Below, one piece after another: positions 24,858 to 35,139 of a stretch of DNA of 45,855 nucleotides. Below the pieces are notes generated by a model. It searched no databases. It had not been told where the DNA came from and saw only the letters and a list, made by a program, of their open reading frames with translations. The number at the start of each line of letters is the position of its first letter. The first letter of the stretch is position 1. Where the stretch lies: the sequence record SRR2962707_1709; one strand, given 5' to 3'. A program made the translations under genes and the position numbers.

Positions 24858-24877
24858 CTGAATGAACGTTCAACAAA
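24858..24877. promoter_or_regulatory. Putative BetI/TetR-type operator
   Basis: CTGAA-TGAACGTTCA-ACAAA with a perfect 10-bp palindromic core, upstream of the methyltransferase gene. Confidence 0.6.
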
Positions 24878-24945
24878 CCTGTTGCAATGAAGGGCCGTTC
24901 CGCCAATACTCCATGAAACCGATTGAGTGAGGAACTTCATCCATC

Positions 24946-25782
24946 ATGACCGATGGCGGCGCCAATTCGACAGCGAAGAGCAAGGACGGTTGCCGTCCGG
25001 AAGATGCCGCGCCGGAATATGACGACAGCGCCATCCGCTTTCTCGAGGCTCTGTGGGGTGAAGGCTTCTTGTCGCCGGGCGGACCTGATGAAGTTCGCAG
25101 AGTTGTTGCCGATATCGATTTCACCGGCAAACGGGTTCTCGATATCGGATGTGGATCAGGCGGCATTACGTTGTTTCTGGCGCGCGAATACAAGCCGGCG
25201 AGTATTGTCGGCTTCGATGTGGAACAGCCGGTTGTCGATCTGGCGTCCAGACGTGCCGTCGAGCAGGGACTTGAGGACAGGGCCAGTTTTGTGCGCGGCG
25301 CACCGGGGCCGCTGCCGTTTGCCGATCAGGGTTTTGATGTGGTCTTTTCCAAGGATGCGCTGATTCATGTGGCGGACAAGGAAGCGCTGTTTGAGGACAT
25401 CTTCCGGGTGCTCAAGCCAGGCGGGCAGTTTGCTGCCAGCGACTGGCTGACATCGCATGATGGCGAGCCATCGGAGGCGATGCGGACCTATCTGGCAGCG
25501 GAAGGGTTGAGCTTCGGCATGGCCTCGGCCACCCGCTACGAGGCGGCGATGGCGCGCGCCGGCTTCGCCGATGTCGCGACCATCAACAGAAATGCCTGGT
25601 ACCGGGATGTAGCGCGGGGCGAACTGGAACGGCTCAAGGGGCCTTTGTATGCACAGGTCGCCGCTGCCGTGGGGGCGGACTATGTCGACAAGAACATCAA
25701 GACATGGAGTGCCATGCAAGTGGTGCTCGACAGCGGCGAACATTGCCCGACCCATGTTTTCGGAACCAGACCCAACCTCTGA
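24946..25782 (+). CDS. Class I SAM-dependent methyltransferase (phosphoethanolamine/sarcosine N-methyltransferase-like)
   Basis: [10 protein letters not shown] motif [22 protein letters not shown]-terminal [11 protein letters not shown] resembles the PEAMT-type FGxGFvStGG. Confidence 0.85.
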   Translation: MTDGGANSTAKSKDGCRPEDAAPEYDDSAIRFLEALWGEGFLSPGGPDEVRRVVADIDFTGKRVLDIGCGSGGITLFLAREYKPASIVGFDVEQPVVDLASRRAVEQGLEDRASFVRGAPGPLPFADQGFDVVFSKDALIHVADKEALFEDIFRVLKPGGQFAASDWLTSHDGEPSEAMRTYLAAEGLSFGMASATRYEAAMARAGFADVATINRNAWYRDVARGELERLKGPLYAQVAAAVGADYVDKNIKTWSAMQVVLDSGEHCPTHVFGTRPNL

Positions 25783-25809
25783 CATCTTGGATGAAGAAGG
25801 ACGAATACG

Positions 25810-26505
25810 CTGAGCCAGACAGGTAAAAACGAGAACGCGGCACCGGTCACGCAGTCTGCGGAAACAGCCCGCCGGCGAGAGCCCAAGGCGTTGCGCCGGG
25901 AACAGTTGATCAATGCGACGATCGATTCTCTCGCCAAGCGCGGCTATGCGGCAACCACGCTGGCCGACGTGGCGGATGGCGCAGGCTTGTCGCGCGGCAT
26001 CGTCAATTTCCATTTCACCAGCAAGGACAATTTGCTCAGCGAGACCATCAGGTACCTGCAGGACGAATACACCGCGAACTGGCAGGCCATGGTGAGCAAG
26101 GCCAAGCCCGATACCGCGTCGCAATTGCTGGCCATGGTGACGGCCGATCTCGACAGGAAGATTTGCACGCATCGCAAGCTTGCGGCCTGGTTCGCATTGC
26201 TGACCGAGGCCAAGACAAAGCCGACTTATCAGAAGCTGGCATGGGAGCGCGATGACAAGTACCGCACCACATTGGCCTCGATTTGCCGGGCTGCCAGGCA
26301 GGAAGGCGGATACGCCTTTGACGCACAGAGCACCGCCGACGCGATCTACGCCATGCAGGAGGGGCTTTGGCTCCGGATGATGCTGTTTGGCAAGGAGTAC
26401 AAGCGTGAGACCGCCCTCAAGGTTGTTCTTGATACGCTGTGCACGATATTTCCCAGGCACTTCGCAGAGGACGGAACTCCGTCGACATTTCAAGCAGAAG
26501 ACTAA
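25810..26505 (+). CDS. TetR-family regulator, BetI-like (probable CTG start)
   Basis: RREQLINATIDSLAKRGYAATTLADVADGAGLSRGIVNFHF HTH; QEGLWL. In-frame stop at 25792; CTG 25810 has an AGGA RBS; alternative start TTG 25891. Confidence 0.88.
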   Translation: MSQTGKNENAAPVTQSAETARRREPKALRREQLINATIDSLAKRGYAATTLADVADGAGLSRGIVNFHFTSKDNLLSETIRYLQDEYTANWQAMVSKAKPDTASQLLAMVTADLDRKICTHRKLAAWFALLTEAKTKPTYQKLAWERDDKYRTTLASICRAARQEGGYAFDAQSTADAIYAMQEGLWLRMMLFGKEYKRETALKVVLDTLCTIFPRHFAEDGTPSTFQAED

Positions 26506-26519
26506 TCAAGGAGGTAACA

Positions 26520-27602
26520 ATGCATAAGAAAACATCCAGGGGTTTGATCTCGAGTTTTGCCATAGCCTTGTCGCTCAGTGTTGCGCCGGTGGCGGCACAG
26601 GCTGCCGACAGTGAGCTGACCGTGTTCGACTGGGCAGGATACGAAGACCCGGCGTTCCACCCGGCCTATGTCGAAAAGAACGGGGAGTCTCCGACATTTG
26701 CCTATTTCGGTGACGAGGAAGAGGCGTTTCAGAAACTTCGGACCGGCTTCAAGGCCGATGTCGGGCATCCGTGTTCGCAAAGCGTGGTGAAGTGGCGTGA
26801 TGCGGGCCTGCTGAAGCCGCTCGATACGTCACGCATTGCCGAATGGGACAATGTCCTGCCCGGCTTCAAGACGATGAAGGATCTGATGACGACCGAGGAC
26901 GGCAAGGCGTGGATGGTGCCGTTCGACTGGGGCAACACCGCGGTCACCTACCGGACTGACAAGGTGGACGAAGCCGACATCGCATCGCTCAAGGCCTTTG
27001 CTGATCCGAGGTTCAAGGATCGTGTTTCCATCGGTGACAATGTCGATGATGCTTATGCGCTGGCGTCGCTCGCCATCGGTCTCACCGACTGGGCCAAGAT
27101 GACTGACGCGCAATTTGAGGAGGCGTCAGCCTTCCTGCGCGAGGTTCACAAGAATGTGCGCCTGTACTGGACGGACAACACCGAGCTGAGCCAGGCCATG
27201 GCGGGCGAGGAAGTCGATCTGGCATGGGCGTGGAATGAAACCGCGACCACGCTGATTGCCGATGAAGTGCCCGTGGCGATCAAGAAGGATACGGTTGAAG
27301 GTCTGTCCACATGGGTATGTGGCTATGTTCTGCTTGAGGGCGGAGAAGGCAGCGAAGACAGGGCCTATGATTACCTCAACGCCACGCTCGATCCGGCGGT
27401 GTCGAACTATCTGGTTTCCGAATGGGGCTATGGCCACGGCAATGCCAAGGGCATGGCGGCAATCGATGCCGAGACGCTTGAATACGCCGGCTACAACGAT
27501 GTCGCGGCCTTTGTCGACAAGACCCTGTTCCAGTCGCCGATCCCCTCGGAGCTGAAGCAGAAGATGATTGCGGAATTCGAGAAGATCAAGGCCGGCTACT
27601 GA
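26520..27602 (+). CDS. ABC transporter substrate-binding protein, PotD/PotF family
   Basis: AGGAGG RBS, signal peptide ending AQAAD, LTVFDWAGY, PFDWGNT, AWAWN. Confidence 0.9.
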   Translation: MHKKTSRGLISSFAIALSLSVAPVAAQAADSELTVFDWAGYEDPAFHPAYVEKNGESPTFAYFGDEEEAFQKLRTGFKADVGHPCSQSVVKWRDAGLLKPLDTSRIAEWDNVLPGFKTMKDLMTTEDGKAWMVPFDWGNTAVTYRTDKVDEADIASLKAFADPRFKDRVSIGDNVDDAYALASLAIGLTDWAKMTDAQFEEASAFLREVHKNVRLYWTDNTELSQAMAGEEVDLAWAWNETATTLIADEVPVAIKKDTVEGLSTWVCGYVLLEGGEGSEDRAYDYLNATLDPAVSNYLVSEWGYGHGNAKGMAAIDAETLEYAGYNDVAAFVDKTLFQSPIPSELKQKMIAEFEKIKAGY

Positions 27603-27630
27603 TCGCTTGGCGAATTAGACCAACGCATAG

Positions 27631-27658
27631 AAAAGGCGCCGGATTTCGGCGCCTTTTT
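27631..27658. terminator. Bidirectional intrinsic terminator
   Basis: AAAAGGCGCC-GGATTTC-GGCGCCTTTTT between convergent genes. Confidence 0.85.
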
Positions 27659-27711
27659 CATTCAAGGAGTATGCGTCTGGTGTGTGCAAGCACTGTTCCC
27701 GGCAGACCGGC

Positions 27712-28800
27712 TCAGCCCTGCATGATGATGAAGGCGTCCCTGTCATAGGTGATGCGGATCTCCGAGCCGACCGGGATGTCGTCAGCGCCGAAATCATTGG
27801 TTTCGACTATCGACAGATGTTCGCTCTGCCCCTCGATGGCCACTTCCAGCGAAGTGACTTCACCGAAGTAATTGCGGTCAACCACCTTGCCGCTGATCAT
27901 TGGATCGGCGGTCTCGCCCTCCCAGACAATGCGCAAGCGTTCGGGTCTGATGCCGATGATAGCCTTGGCCGGATCGGAAATCGCCTTGCCGGACAGATGA
28001 CCGGTGATGCTGCCGATGCCTGGCAGGCTGGCCTTGAAGTCCTTGCCGCTGACTGACAGATCGGAAGAGGTGAGGAAATTCATGCCGCCGAGGAAATCGG
28101 CGACCTGGCGGGTGGCCGGGTTCTGGTAGATTTCCTTGGGCTCGGCGATCTGGGCAATCCGGCCGGAGAACATCACCGCAATCCGGTCCGACATGCTCAG
28201 CGCCTCGTACTGGTCGTGGGTGACCAGCACGAAGGTGATGCCGATCTGGCGCTGCAGGTGCCTGAGTTCCACCTGCATCTGTTCTCGCAGGCTCTTGTCG
28301 AGCGCTGACAGCGGTTCATCCAGCAACAGCACCTTGGGGCGCATGACCAGCGCACGGGCCAGGGCCACGCGCTGACGCTGTCCGCCGGAGAGCTGGTTGC
28401 CCATTCTCGGGCCAAGTTCGGCCAGCTCGACCTCGGCCAGCGCCTGCTTGACGCGGGCCTCTTCCTCAGCGCGTCCCAGCCGCAAGCGCTTCAGCCCGTA
28501 GGCGACGTTTTCGGACACATTGAGGTGAGGGAAAATGGCGTAGCTTTGAAACACCATGTTGGTGGGGCGCAGGTTTGGCGGGATCCCGGCCATGGACTTG
28601 CCGCCAATGACGATGGTTCCGGAGGAGGGCTCGTCAAAGCCGCCGATCATCCGCAGCAGCGTGGTCTTGCCGCATCCTGAAGGTCCCAGAAGCGAAAAGA
28701 ACTCGCCTTCCCTGATCGAGGCGTTGAGCGTGTCGAGCGCCCGGAACGTGCCAAAGCTCTTGTCGACATTGTTGATCTCGATCATCGGGGCGCTGGTCAT
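27712..28800 (-). CDS. ABC transporter ATP-binding protein, PotA family
   Basis: GPSGCGKTT, LSGGQRQRVALARA, LLLDEP, VTHDQ; C-terminal TOBE domain. Confidence 0.95.
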   Translation of the reverse strand: MTSAPMIEINNVDKSFGTFRALDTLNASIREGEFFSLLGPSGCGKTTLLRMIGGFDEPSSGTIVIGGKSMAGIPPNLRPTNMVFQSYAIFPHLNVSENVAYGLKRLRLGRAEEEARVKQALAEVELAELGPRMGNQLSGGQRQRVALARALVMRPKVLLLDEPLSALDKSLREQMQVELRHLQRQIGITFVLVTHDQYEALSMSDRIAVMFSGRIAQIAEPKEIYQNPATRQVADFLGGMNFLTSSDLSVSGKDFKASLPGIGSITGHLSGKAISDPAKAIIGIRPERLRIVWEGETADPMISGKVVDRNYFGEVTSLEVAIEGQSEHLSIVETNDFGADDIPVGSEIRITYDRDAFIIMQG

Positions 28801-28850
28801 ATCTCGTCCGTCCGTTTGGCCGTCTCAGGAATTTGCATCACATCTGCTCC

Positions 28851-29657
28851 TCATGGGCGTACCGCCAGTTTCCGTTCGGCCCGGCGCCGGAAGATTTCTG
28901 CCGCAGTCAGCAAGACAAGCGATGCGGCAATCAGAATCGACCCCAGCGCCAGCACATTGGGCAGCTTCGCGGCGAAGCGCAGCTGGCCCCAGATATAGAC
29001 CGGCAGGGTTGGCTCGGAGCCGCTGAGGAAAAAGGCAAGAATGAATTCGTCGAGCGATATGGTGAAGGTAACCAGCAGGCTGGAGACGATCGATGGCGTC
29101 AGCATGGGCAGCGTGACCCGCCTGAGCGTTCCAAAGGAGGTTTCGCCGAGGTCGCGTGAAGCTTCCTCCATGCTGGGGTCAAAGCCTTCGAAACCTGAAA
29201 CCAGAACGGTGACGGAATAGGGCACGCAGATCAGCAGATGCCCGAGAATGACGGTGATCAGCGACAACTCCATTCCCAGGCCGAGCATGACCACGAGCAA
29301 GGATATGGCGATGATGATCTCTGGCAGGATCAGCGGCGCCATGATCAGGCCGCTGGCAGCCCCCTTGCCGCGAAAGCGATGGCGGGTCATGGCGCGGGCA
29401 GCGCAAATTCCGAGAACCGTGCTCAGAACTGCCGCAGTGATGCCGACAATGAGGGAGTTCCATGCAGCGCCCTGCATGGCGGCATTGCCAGCCAGCCCTT
29501 CATACCATTTGAAGGTGAACCCGACCAAGGGCAGCTTCGGTGTGGCGGAATCGTTGAAAGAGAAAATCGGCAGCAGCAGCACCGGGAAATACAGGATCGC
29601 CACATAGATGATCACATAGGTTGAAAGCAGCCGCCGGGATGAAGGGAAAAATCTCAT
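28851..29657 (-). CDS. ABC transporter permease, PotC family
   Basis: Multiple TMs; EEASRDLGET EAA loop; SLDEFI; TLPVYIW. Confidence 0.92.
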   Translation of the reverse strand: MRFFPSSRRLLSTYVIIYVAILYFPVLLLPIFSFNDSATPKLPLVGFTFKWYEGLAGNAAMQGAAWNSLIVGITAAVLSTVLGICAARAMTRHRFRGKGAASGLIMAPLILPEIIIAISLLVVMLGLGMELSLITVILGHLLICVPYSVTVLVSGFEGFDPSMEEASRDLGETSFGTLRRVTLPMLTPSIVSSLLVTFTISLDEFILAFFLSGSEPTLPVYIWGQLRFAAKLPNVLALGSILIAASLVLLTAAEIFRRRAERKLAVRP

Positions 29658-30574
29658 TTGAGAAGCCTCTTCATGCCGGCAAGCAGCAGGATTATGGAGC
29701 CGGCAACCATCGACACGATCACCATGGTGCTGACTGCCAGGGCGGCGCCCAGCGGCCAGTTCGACGCCTTGCCGAATTGCACCTGAATGGCGTTGGCGAT
29801 CATGATGCCGTCCTTGCCGCCGACCAGCTTGGGGGTGACGTAATCACCAACGGTCGGGATCATGACGATCATCAAGGCGGCGATGATGCCGGGCATGGTC
29901 AAGGGTAGCGTGACCCTTAGGAACCGCCGCAGCGGGCCGTCACCGAGATCGGCGGCGGCCTCCAGAAGCGAGCGGTCGAGCTTTTCCAGCGAGACGAAAA
30001 TCGGCAGGATCGCGAAGGCGGCCCAGCTGTGGGCCAGCGTGATGATGACAGCGTTGACGTTGTAGATCAGCGAGCTCAACGGCTCGGAGATCACCCCGAG
30101 ATAAAGCAGGCCGGTGTTGAGTACGCCCTTGTATCCCAGGATGACTTTCCACGACAAAATGCGAAGCAGATAGCCAGACCAGAACGGAACGGTGATGATG
30201 AACAGCCAAAGCCCCTTGTAGCGCCCGCCGTAAAACGAGACGAACCAGGCGACCGGATAGGCAAGCACGACGGTCACGAAGGCGACGGTGACCGAGACGA
30301 ACAGCGAGCGCATCAACAGATCGCGGTAGATCGGTTCGGTCAGCGCCGCCTTGTAGTTCTTCAGCGTGAAGGTGTGGTCAATCGTCAAATAGTCCTGCGA
30401 CCAGAAGCTGTTGGCAAGGATGACGATGATCGGCCCGATCAGCAGCAATACGGCAAAGATCAGTGGCGGAGAAATCGTCAGCCAGCCCTTGCCTGCCTCC
30501 GAGCGCATGAACCGCCTGACCGGCGATTGGCCGATGGAGCGTGAAGCGGGCAATGTGGAAACAGACGGATCCAA
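29654..30574 (-). CDS. ABC transporter permease, PotB family
   Basis: LLEAAADLGD EAA loop; GDYVTPKLVGG; NWPLGAALA. TTG 30574 with GAGGA RBS chosen as start. Confidence 0.9.
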   Translation of the reverse strand: MDPSVSTLPASRSIGQSPVRRFMRSEAGKGWLTISPPLIFAVLLLIGPIIVILANSFWSQDYLTIDHTFTLKNYKAALTEPIYRDLLMRSLFVSVTVAFVTVVLAYPVAWFVSFYGGRYKGLWLFIITVPFWSGYLLRILSWKVILGYKGVLNTGLLYLGVISEPLSSLIYNVNAVIITLAHSWAAFAILPIFVSLEKLDRSLLEAAADLGDGPLRRFLRVTLPLTMPGIIAALMIVMIPTVGDYVTPKLVGGKDGIMIANAIQVQFGKASNWPLGAALAVSTMVIVSMVAGSIILLLAGMKRLLK

Positions 30575-30716
30575 ATGCAGTTCCTCGCCGTGAAAGGCCT
30601 TGCCGGCAGGTCGAATGCCGTTGTGCGGGATGCCTGTCCCAAACGCGCTGGCCTGGAGCAGGCGTCTGTAAGATGAGGGCAAAAGAGAGTTGAATGCAAG
30701 CCGTTTTTCTGCCAAA

Positions 30717-30736
30717 TTGACTGAACAGCCATTCAA
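30717..30736. promoter_or_regulatory. Putative BetI/TetR-type operator
   Basis: TTGAC-TGAACAGCCA-TTCAA in the divergent spacer between the permease and the aminotransferase; aligns with the 24110 and 24858 sites. Confidence 0.55.
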
Positions 30737-30807
30737 TAACTCACTCACATGGCGCCGAAAAGCTGTTGCGATCCGGCACTGCACCTATCTCTCAGGAAAT
30801 CCGCATC

Positions 30808-32202
30808 ATGTCCGACAAAACCGCCAATCTTTACAAAAAGGCCACCCAGGACGCCGTTGATCACCTGATCCAGCCCTGGCCATCGGCCGGCTCGATCGGC
30901 GCGGAAGCGCGCGGCGTGCTTGGGTCGGGTGAGGGCGTTTATGTGCATGACGAAAAGGGCCGCAAGTTGATCGACGGCCCGGCCGGAATGTGGTGCACCA
31001 ATGTCGGGCATCGCAACGCGGTTCTGGCCGATACGCTCAAGGAACAGGCGATGGAGCTGTCCTACAATTCGCCCTGGTACACGACCAACGAGCCGTCGGC
31101 GGAATTGGCCCGGCGCATTGCCGGCCATGCGCCTGGCGACCTCGATCATGTGTTTTTCACCACCGGAGGATCCACGGCGGTGGAGAGCGCGCTTCGTTTC
31201 GCGCAGTTCTACAACAATGTGCGCGGGCTCGAGGGCAAGAAGAAGATCATCTGTCGTGACGGCGGGTATCATGGCTCCACCTATCTGTCGGCGAGCCTGA
31301 ACGGCAGCCAGCGGTCGCGGAACTGGATGGATTTTGCCGATGACATGATGATCCGGCTGTCATGCCCCGATCCGTTCCGCCGGCCCAAGGGTGTGAGCCT
31401 TGAGGCATTCCGCGACCAGCTTGTTACCGAGTTCGCCGAGGCAGTGCGTGAACACGGGGCTGAAAACATTGCGGCCTTTGTCGGCGAACCGATCATGGCG
31501 TCTGGCGGCGTGATCGTGCCGCCGGAGGGATATTTCAAGGCGATCCGCGAGATCTGCACCGCCAATGACATCCTGTTCATCGCCGATGAGGTGGTCACCG
31601 CCTTTGGCCGGCTCGGGCATGTGTTTGCCTCCGAGGCGTGTTTCGACGTGGTGCCCGACATCATTACCTTCGCCAAGGGTGTGACCTCGGGCTATTTTCC
31701 GCTGGGCGGCATGGTGGTGTCTGACCGGCTGCTCAACAACCTGCGTGCGTCCAACCATCCCGAGGCGATGTACGCCCATGGCCTGACCTATTCCAGCCAT
31801 CCCATCGGCTGCGCGGTGGCATTGAAGAACCTCGACATTCTCGAGGATAATTTGCTGGACTACACCCGCGAGATCACCCCATATTTTCATGAGAAAATGA
31901 AATCTCTGGAAGAGCTCGAGCTGGTTGGCGAGGTGCGAGGCATGGGGCTGATGGCCTGCATCGAGTGCGTTGCCGACCGGGAAAGCCACAACCCGATCCG
32001 GCTCGACACCGAAGTCGGAAACCGTATCGACAAGCATTGCCAGGAATTGGGGCTGCTGGTGCGGCCGCTGGTGCATATGTGCGTGATGTCGCCGCCGCTG
32101 GTCATCACCCGCGACCAGATCGATACCATGACGGGGATCCTTCATGAAGGGATTTCACGGACCATGCGCGACTTGCGCCAGGAAGGGATCTGGAACGGCT
32201 GA
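30808..32202 (+). CDS. Class III (omega) PLP-dependent aminotransferase
   Basis: LIDGPAGMWC, FFTTGGSTAVE, GYHGST, FIADEVVTAFGRLG, TFAKG (PLP Lys), HGLTYSSHP. Confidence 0.93.
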   Translation: MSDKTANLYKKATQDAVDHLIQPWPSAGSIGAEARGVLGSGEGVYVHDEKGRKLIDGPAGMWCTNVGHRNAVLADTLKEQAMELSYNSPWYTTNEPSAELARRIAGHAPGDLDHVFFTTGGSTAVESALRFAQFYNNVRGLEGKKKIICRDGGYHGSTYLSASLNGSQRSRNWMDFADDMMIRLSCPDPFRRPKGVSLEAFRDQLVTEFAEAVREHGAENIAAFVGEPIMASGGVIVPPEGYFKAIREICTANDILFIADEVVTAFGRLGHVFASEACFDVVPDIITFAKGVTSGYFPLGGMVVSDRLLNNLRASNHPEAMYAHGLTYSSHPIGCAVALKNLDILEDNLLDYTREITPYFHEKMKSLEELELVGEVRGMGLMACIECVADRESHNPIRLDTEVGNRIDKHCQELGLLVRPLVHMCVMSPPLVITRDQIDTMTGILHEGISRTMRDLRQEGIWNG

Positions 32203-32242
32203 CCGGTTCACCAGCCGGTCCGGTTCAGATGTCGCCAAAATC

Positions 32243-32278
32243 AAAACACCCGCCGCGGAGATCCGGGGCGGGTGTTTT
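32243..32278. terminator. Bidirectional intrinsic terminator
   Basis: AAAACACCCGCC...GGCGGGTGTTTT between the convergent aminotransferase and Rieske genes. Confidence 0.85.
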
Positions 32279-32300
32279 CATTTCCGGTTGGTGCGGTTGA

Positions 32301-33506
32301 TCAGAAGTCTATGCTCATCTCGGAGTTCAACCGTGCAACGTCGTCTTCCTTCGGTCGTTCCTCAAGCAGGCTGACCGGTAGGACGGCGCGGATATGGTCG
32401 TGATGGCTGCGAACGCCATATTCGAGGTCGGAGAGAAAAAAGCCCTTGAACGCGCTCGAATTCATCGCCTCGTTCGACCATTCGGTCAGCCGTATATCCT
32501 CGCCCATGGTTTCATAGTCGATGCGGGCAGCGAGCTTGCGGGCCAGGGTCTGTTCCCGGCTCTCGTCGCGGTAACGATAGACCGATCCGCGCAACAGGGT
32601 CTCGCCCGTCGACAGCGGGAATTCCTGATAGAACTGCACCGATTCCGGTGTCACGCCGATCACCGCGTTGGGGAACATTCCGTAATAGAGCCAGGCACGC
32701 TTGAGGTAATCCGGCATGCCGGGCCGTGGCTGCATGGCCTTGAGGTAATTGCGGACACTCCAGCGGCGGCCATTCTCGTTGCAGTCAGCATAGGAGCGCG
32801 ACATGCCGTTGACGAAGGGTTCGTCAAAATAGGAGCGTCCATAAAGGTCCTGAAGCGCCGGATGCGCCAGTGCCACGTGGTAGCCTTCATTGTCGACGTC
32901 GCGAACCGATTTCCAGTTGACCTTGGAGACCATGGTCCAGATCTCGCCGCTTGGCACCATGTCGGCGATATCGAAATGGGCGATTTCCTCGGCGAACGGA
33001 GCATACATCTCGGCGACCGAGCTTTGGGAGCCCTTCTCGAAGCGAATGAAGACGAAGCCGTTCCAGACTTCCGCCTCAAGTGGCTGCAAGCCGAACTCGA
33101 CCTTGTCGAGATCGGGAAAGGATTTCGGCCGCGCTGCGCCACGCAAGGTTCCATCAAGATTGTAGACCCAGCCGTGGAACGGGCAGATCAGTGCGCCTTT
33201 GCACGAGCCTTTTTCATCGGCCACCACCCGTGCGCCGCGATGCCGGCACATGTTGTGAAACGCCCGCACCTCGCCATCGGTGCCACGCAGCACCAGTGCC
33301 CGTTCGCCGCACATGTCAAAGGCGAGATAGTCGCCGGTGTCCGGCAGGTCCGAGACATGGCAGGCAATCTGCCAGTGCTTGCGGAAAATCTCCTGCTTCT
33401 CGAGCTCGAGAAAGGCATTGCTGTGATAGGTCCAGCCCGGAAGGCCGCTACGATTCCAGTTCTCGGGTATCGAAATATCGCGATGGGAAACTGGGCGATT
33501 CATCAT
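32301..33506 (-). CDS. Rieske non-heme iron oxygenase alpha subunit (choline/carnitine/stachydrine monooxygenase-like)
   Basis: CRHRG...CPFHGW Rieske motif; NWK..DVDNEGYHVALAH mononuclear-Fe motif; C-terminal ED. ATG 33506 with AGGTG RBS. Confidence 0.92.
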   Translation of the reverse strand: MMNRPVSHRDISIPENWNRSGLPGWTYHSNAFLELEKQEIFRKHWQIACHVSDLPDTGDYLAFDMCGERALVLRGTDGEVRAFHNMCRHRGARVVADEKGSCKGALICPFHGWVYNLDGTLRGAARPKSFPDLDKVEFGLQPLEAEVWNGFVFIRFEKGSQSSVAEMYAPFAEEIAHFDIADMVPSGEIWTMVSKVNWKSVRDVDNEGYHVALAHPALQDLYGRSYFDEPFVNGMSRSYADCNENGRRWSVRNYLKAMQPRPGMPDYLKRAWLYYGMFPNAVIGVTPESVQFYQEFPLSTGETLLRGSVYRYRDESREQTLARKLAARIDYETMGEDIRLTEWSNEAMNSSAFKGFFLSDLEYGVRSHHDHIRAVLPVSLLEERPKEDDVARLNSEMSIDF

Positions 33507-33510
33507 GCAC

Positions 33511-33540
33511 CTATTTTTTGAGTAATTACTCAAAAAATAG
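33511..33540. promoter_or_regulatory. Perfect 30-bp AT-rich palindrome (probable operator) overlapping the Rieske gene RBS
   Basis: CTATTTTTTGAGTAATTACTCAAAAAATAG equals its own reverse complement. Confidence 0.75.
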
Positions 33541-34016
33541 AATGAACCTGCATTCTCGTCAAGTCATGTGAGGCGGGGATGCCGAGATCGGCCGCAAGTT
33601 GCCTGTTGGCGGCTGATCGGGCAGATCAAACAACCCCGGGTTCCCCTTGGCGATTTGGTCCGGCTTCCTTGTAAGCGGTAGGCCGAGATCGCCACGATGA
33701 ATGCTGGGCCTCGATCCTTCATGGTCCTCCGAAAGCGTCGCAGTCACGGCAACTGGGTGCCGACCTGTGGTCCACTGGCCGGCACCGGCGATCCTCTGTG
33801 AATTAAATTCACTGCCGGTACGTTGGACCAATTGACGAATGCCACACATTGCAATAAATTTCACTGAATGAAAAAAATGTAAAACTGATTGACAGCCAGC
33901 TTGATTGGAGCTTAGATCGCGATGTTGCGATAATTATCGTATACTGAAATATCTTGCAGGGAAGGCCGCAGACTTACGGCTAGGAGCGAGGGCAGGATAT
34001 AACGTGGAGGAAAATC

Positions 34017-35036
34017 ATGAAGATCGTTCAATTGGCCACGGCGTTGACCGCGGCCACAATGGCAGCCGTATTCGCATTGCCGAGTGCTGCCTCAGCTCAG
34101 AGCAAATTTCAGTGCGAGCCGGGTGAAACCTACGTCATGAATGTGATGGTTTCGGCTCATCCGTACTGGGTTCCCGTATATCAAGGGTTCAAGCAGGCTG
34201 CGGAAGCCATGGGCTGCGAAACCTCATTTTCGGGCACGCCCGACTATGACATCACAAAACAGATCGCTTCATTTGAGCAGGATCTGGTGAAGCAGCCGGC
34301 CGGTATCCTGCTGCATCCGATGCAGTCGGATCCGTTTATCGAGCCGATTGATCGCGCGATCGATGGCGGCGTCGAGATTGTCACATTCGCGGCGGATTCA
34401 CCGAAGTCGAAGCGCACCACCTACATCACCTCGGACAACCTCGCCGAAGCCAAATTCGCGGCAGAAGAGATCGTCAAGCAGATTGGTGACAGCGCCGAAT
34501 ATGCGGTGCTCGAGAACCCGGGCCAAAGCAATCACGATCTGCGCGTCACCGCTTTGCTCTCTTATATGGAAGAGCACTACCCGAACATGAAGCTGGTTGG
34601 CCGCCAGGCGACCAATCAGGACAGCAATGCGGCCTACCGCGCAACGGCGTCCATTCTCCAGGCAAACCCGAATCTCGGTGCCTTGTGGATCCCGGAAGCC
34701 GGGTCCGCGGAAGGTGCTGTGGCAGCGGTGCTGGAAGCCAAGGCCAAAGTGCTGATCATGCATGCCGATGTGACGCCGACCACTCTTGAACACATCAAGG
34801 CCGGCAATATTCACATGGCGCTCAACCCCAACCAGGGCATGCAGGGCTTCATTGGTTTCGTGTCTTTGTTCATGGCCGCGCATTCGGACATGTTCGATCC
34901 GTTCAACGACTACAAGGTCTCCGGTTTCAACCCGGTCCAGATCCCCTATGTCGACAACGGCTTCTCGGTGATCACCAAGGACAACGCCGACTCGTTCGAT
35001 CTGAACGCATACATGGAAGGCCGCGACCCCAACTAA
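34017..35036 (+). CDS. Sugar ABC transporter substrate-binding protein (RbsB-like)
   Basis: GGAGG RBS, signal peptide ending [30 protein letters not shown]. Confidence 0.92.
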   Translation: MKIVQLATALTAATMAAVFALPSAASAQSKFQCEPGETYVMNVMVSAHPYWVPVYQGFKQAAEAMGCETSFSGTPDYDITKQIASFEQDLVKQPAGILLHPMQSDPFIEPIDRAIDGGVEIVTFAADSPKSKRTTYITSDNLAEAKFAAEEIVKQIGDSAEYAVLENPGQSNHDLRVTALLSYMEEHYPNMKLVGRQATNQDSNAAYRATASILQANPNLGALWIPEAGSAEGAVAAVLEAKAKVLIMHADVTPTTLEHIKAGNIHMALNPNQGMQGFIGFVSLFMAAHSDMFDPFNDYKVSGFNPVQIPYVDNGFSVITKDNADSFDLNAYMEGRDPN

Positions 35037-35063
35037 GCGGTTTCAGGCCAATACCCCCAAACA

Positions 35064-35100
35064 GGTTGCTCGCGCTCATGATTTCGACGCGCGGGCAACC
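35064..35100 (+). other. Intergenic stem-loop after the binding-protein gene (probable mRNA stabiliser or attenuator)
   Basis: GGTTGCTCGCGC...GCGCGGGCAACC inverted repeat without a U-tract. Confidence 0.5.
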
Positions 35101-35139
35101 GGAACCACCGGCGCAAGCCGTCTCAGGAACAGCAGAGTA

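Noticed and set aside
33560-33830. Long intergenic stretch as possible sRNA or IS remnant
   Set aside because: No recognisable RNA family, terminal inverted repeats or transposase similarity by eye.
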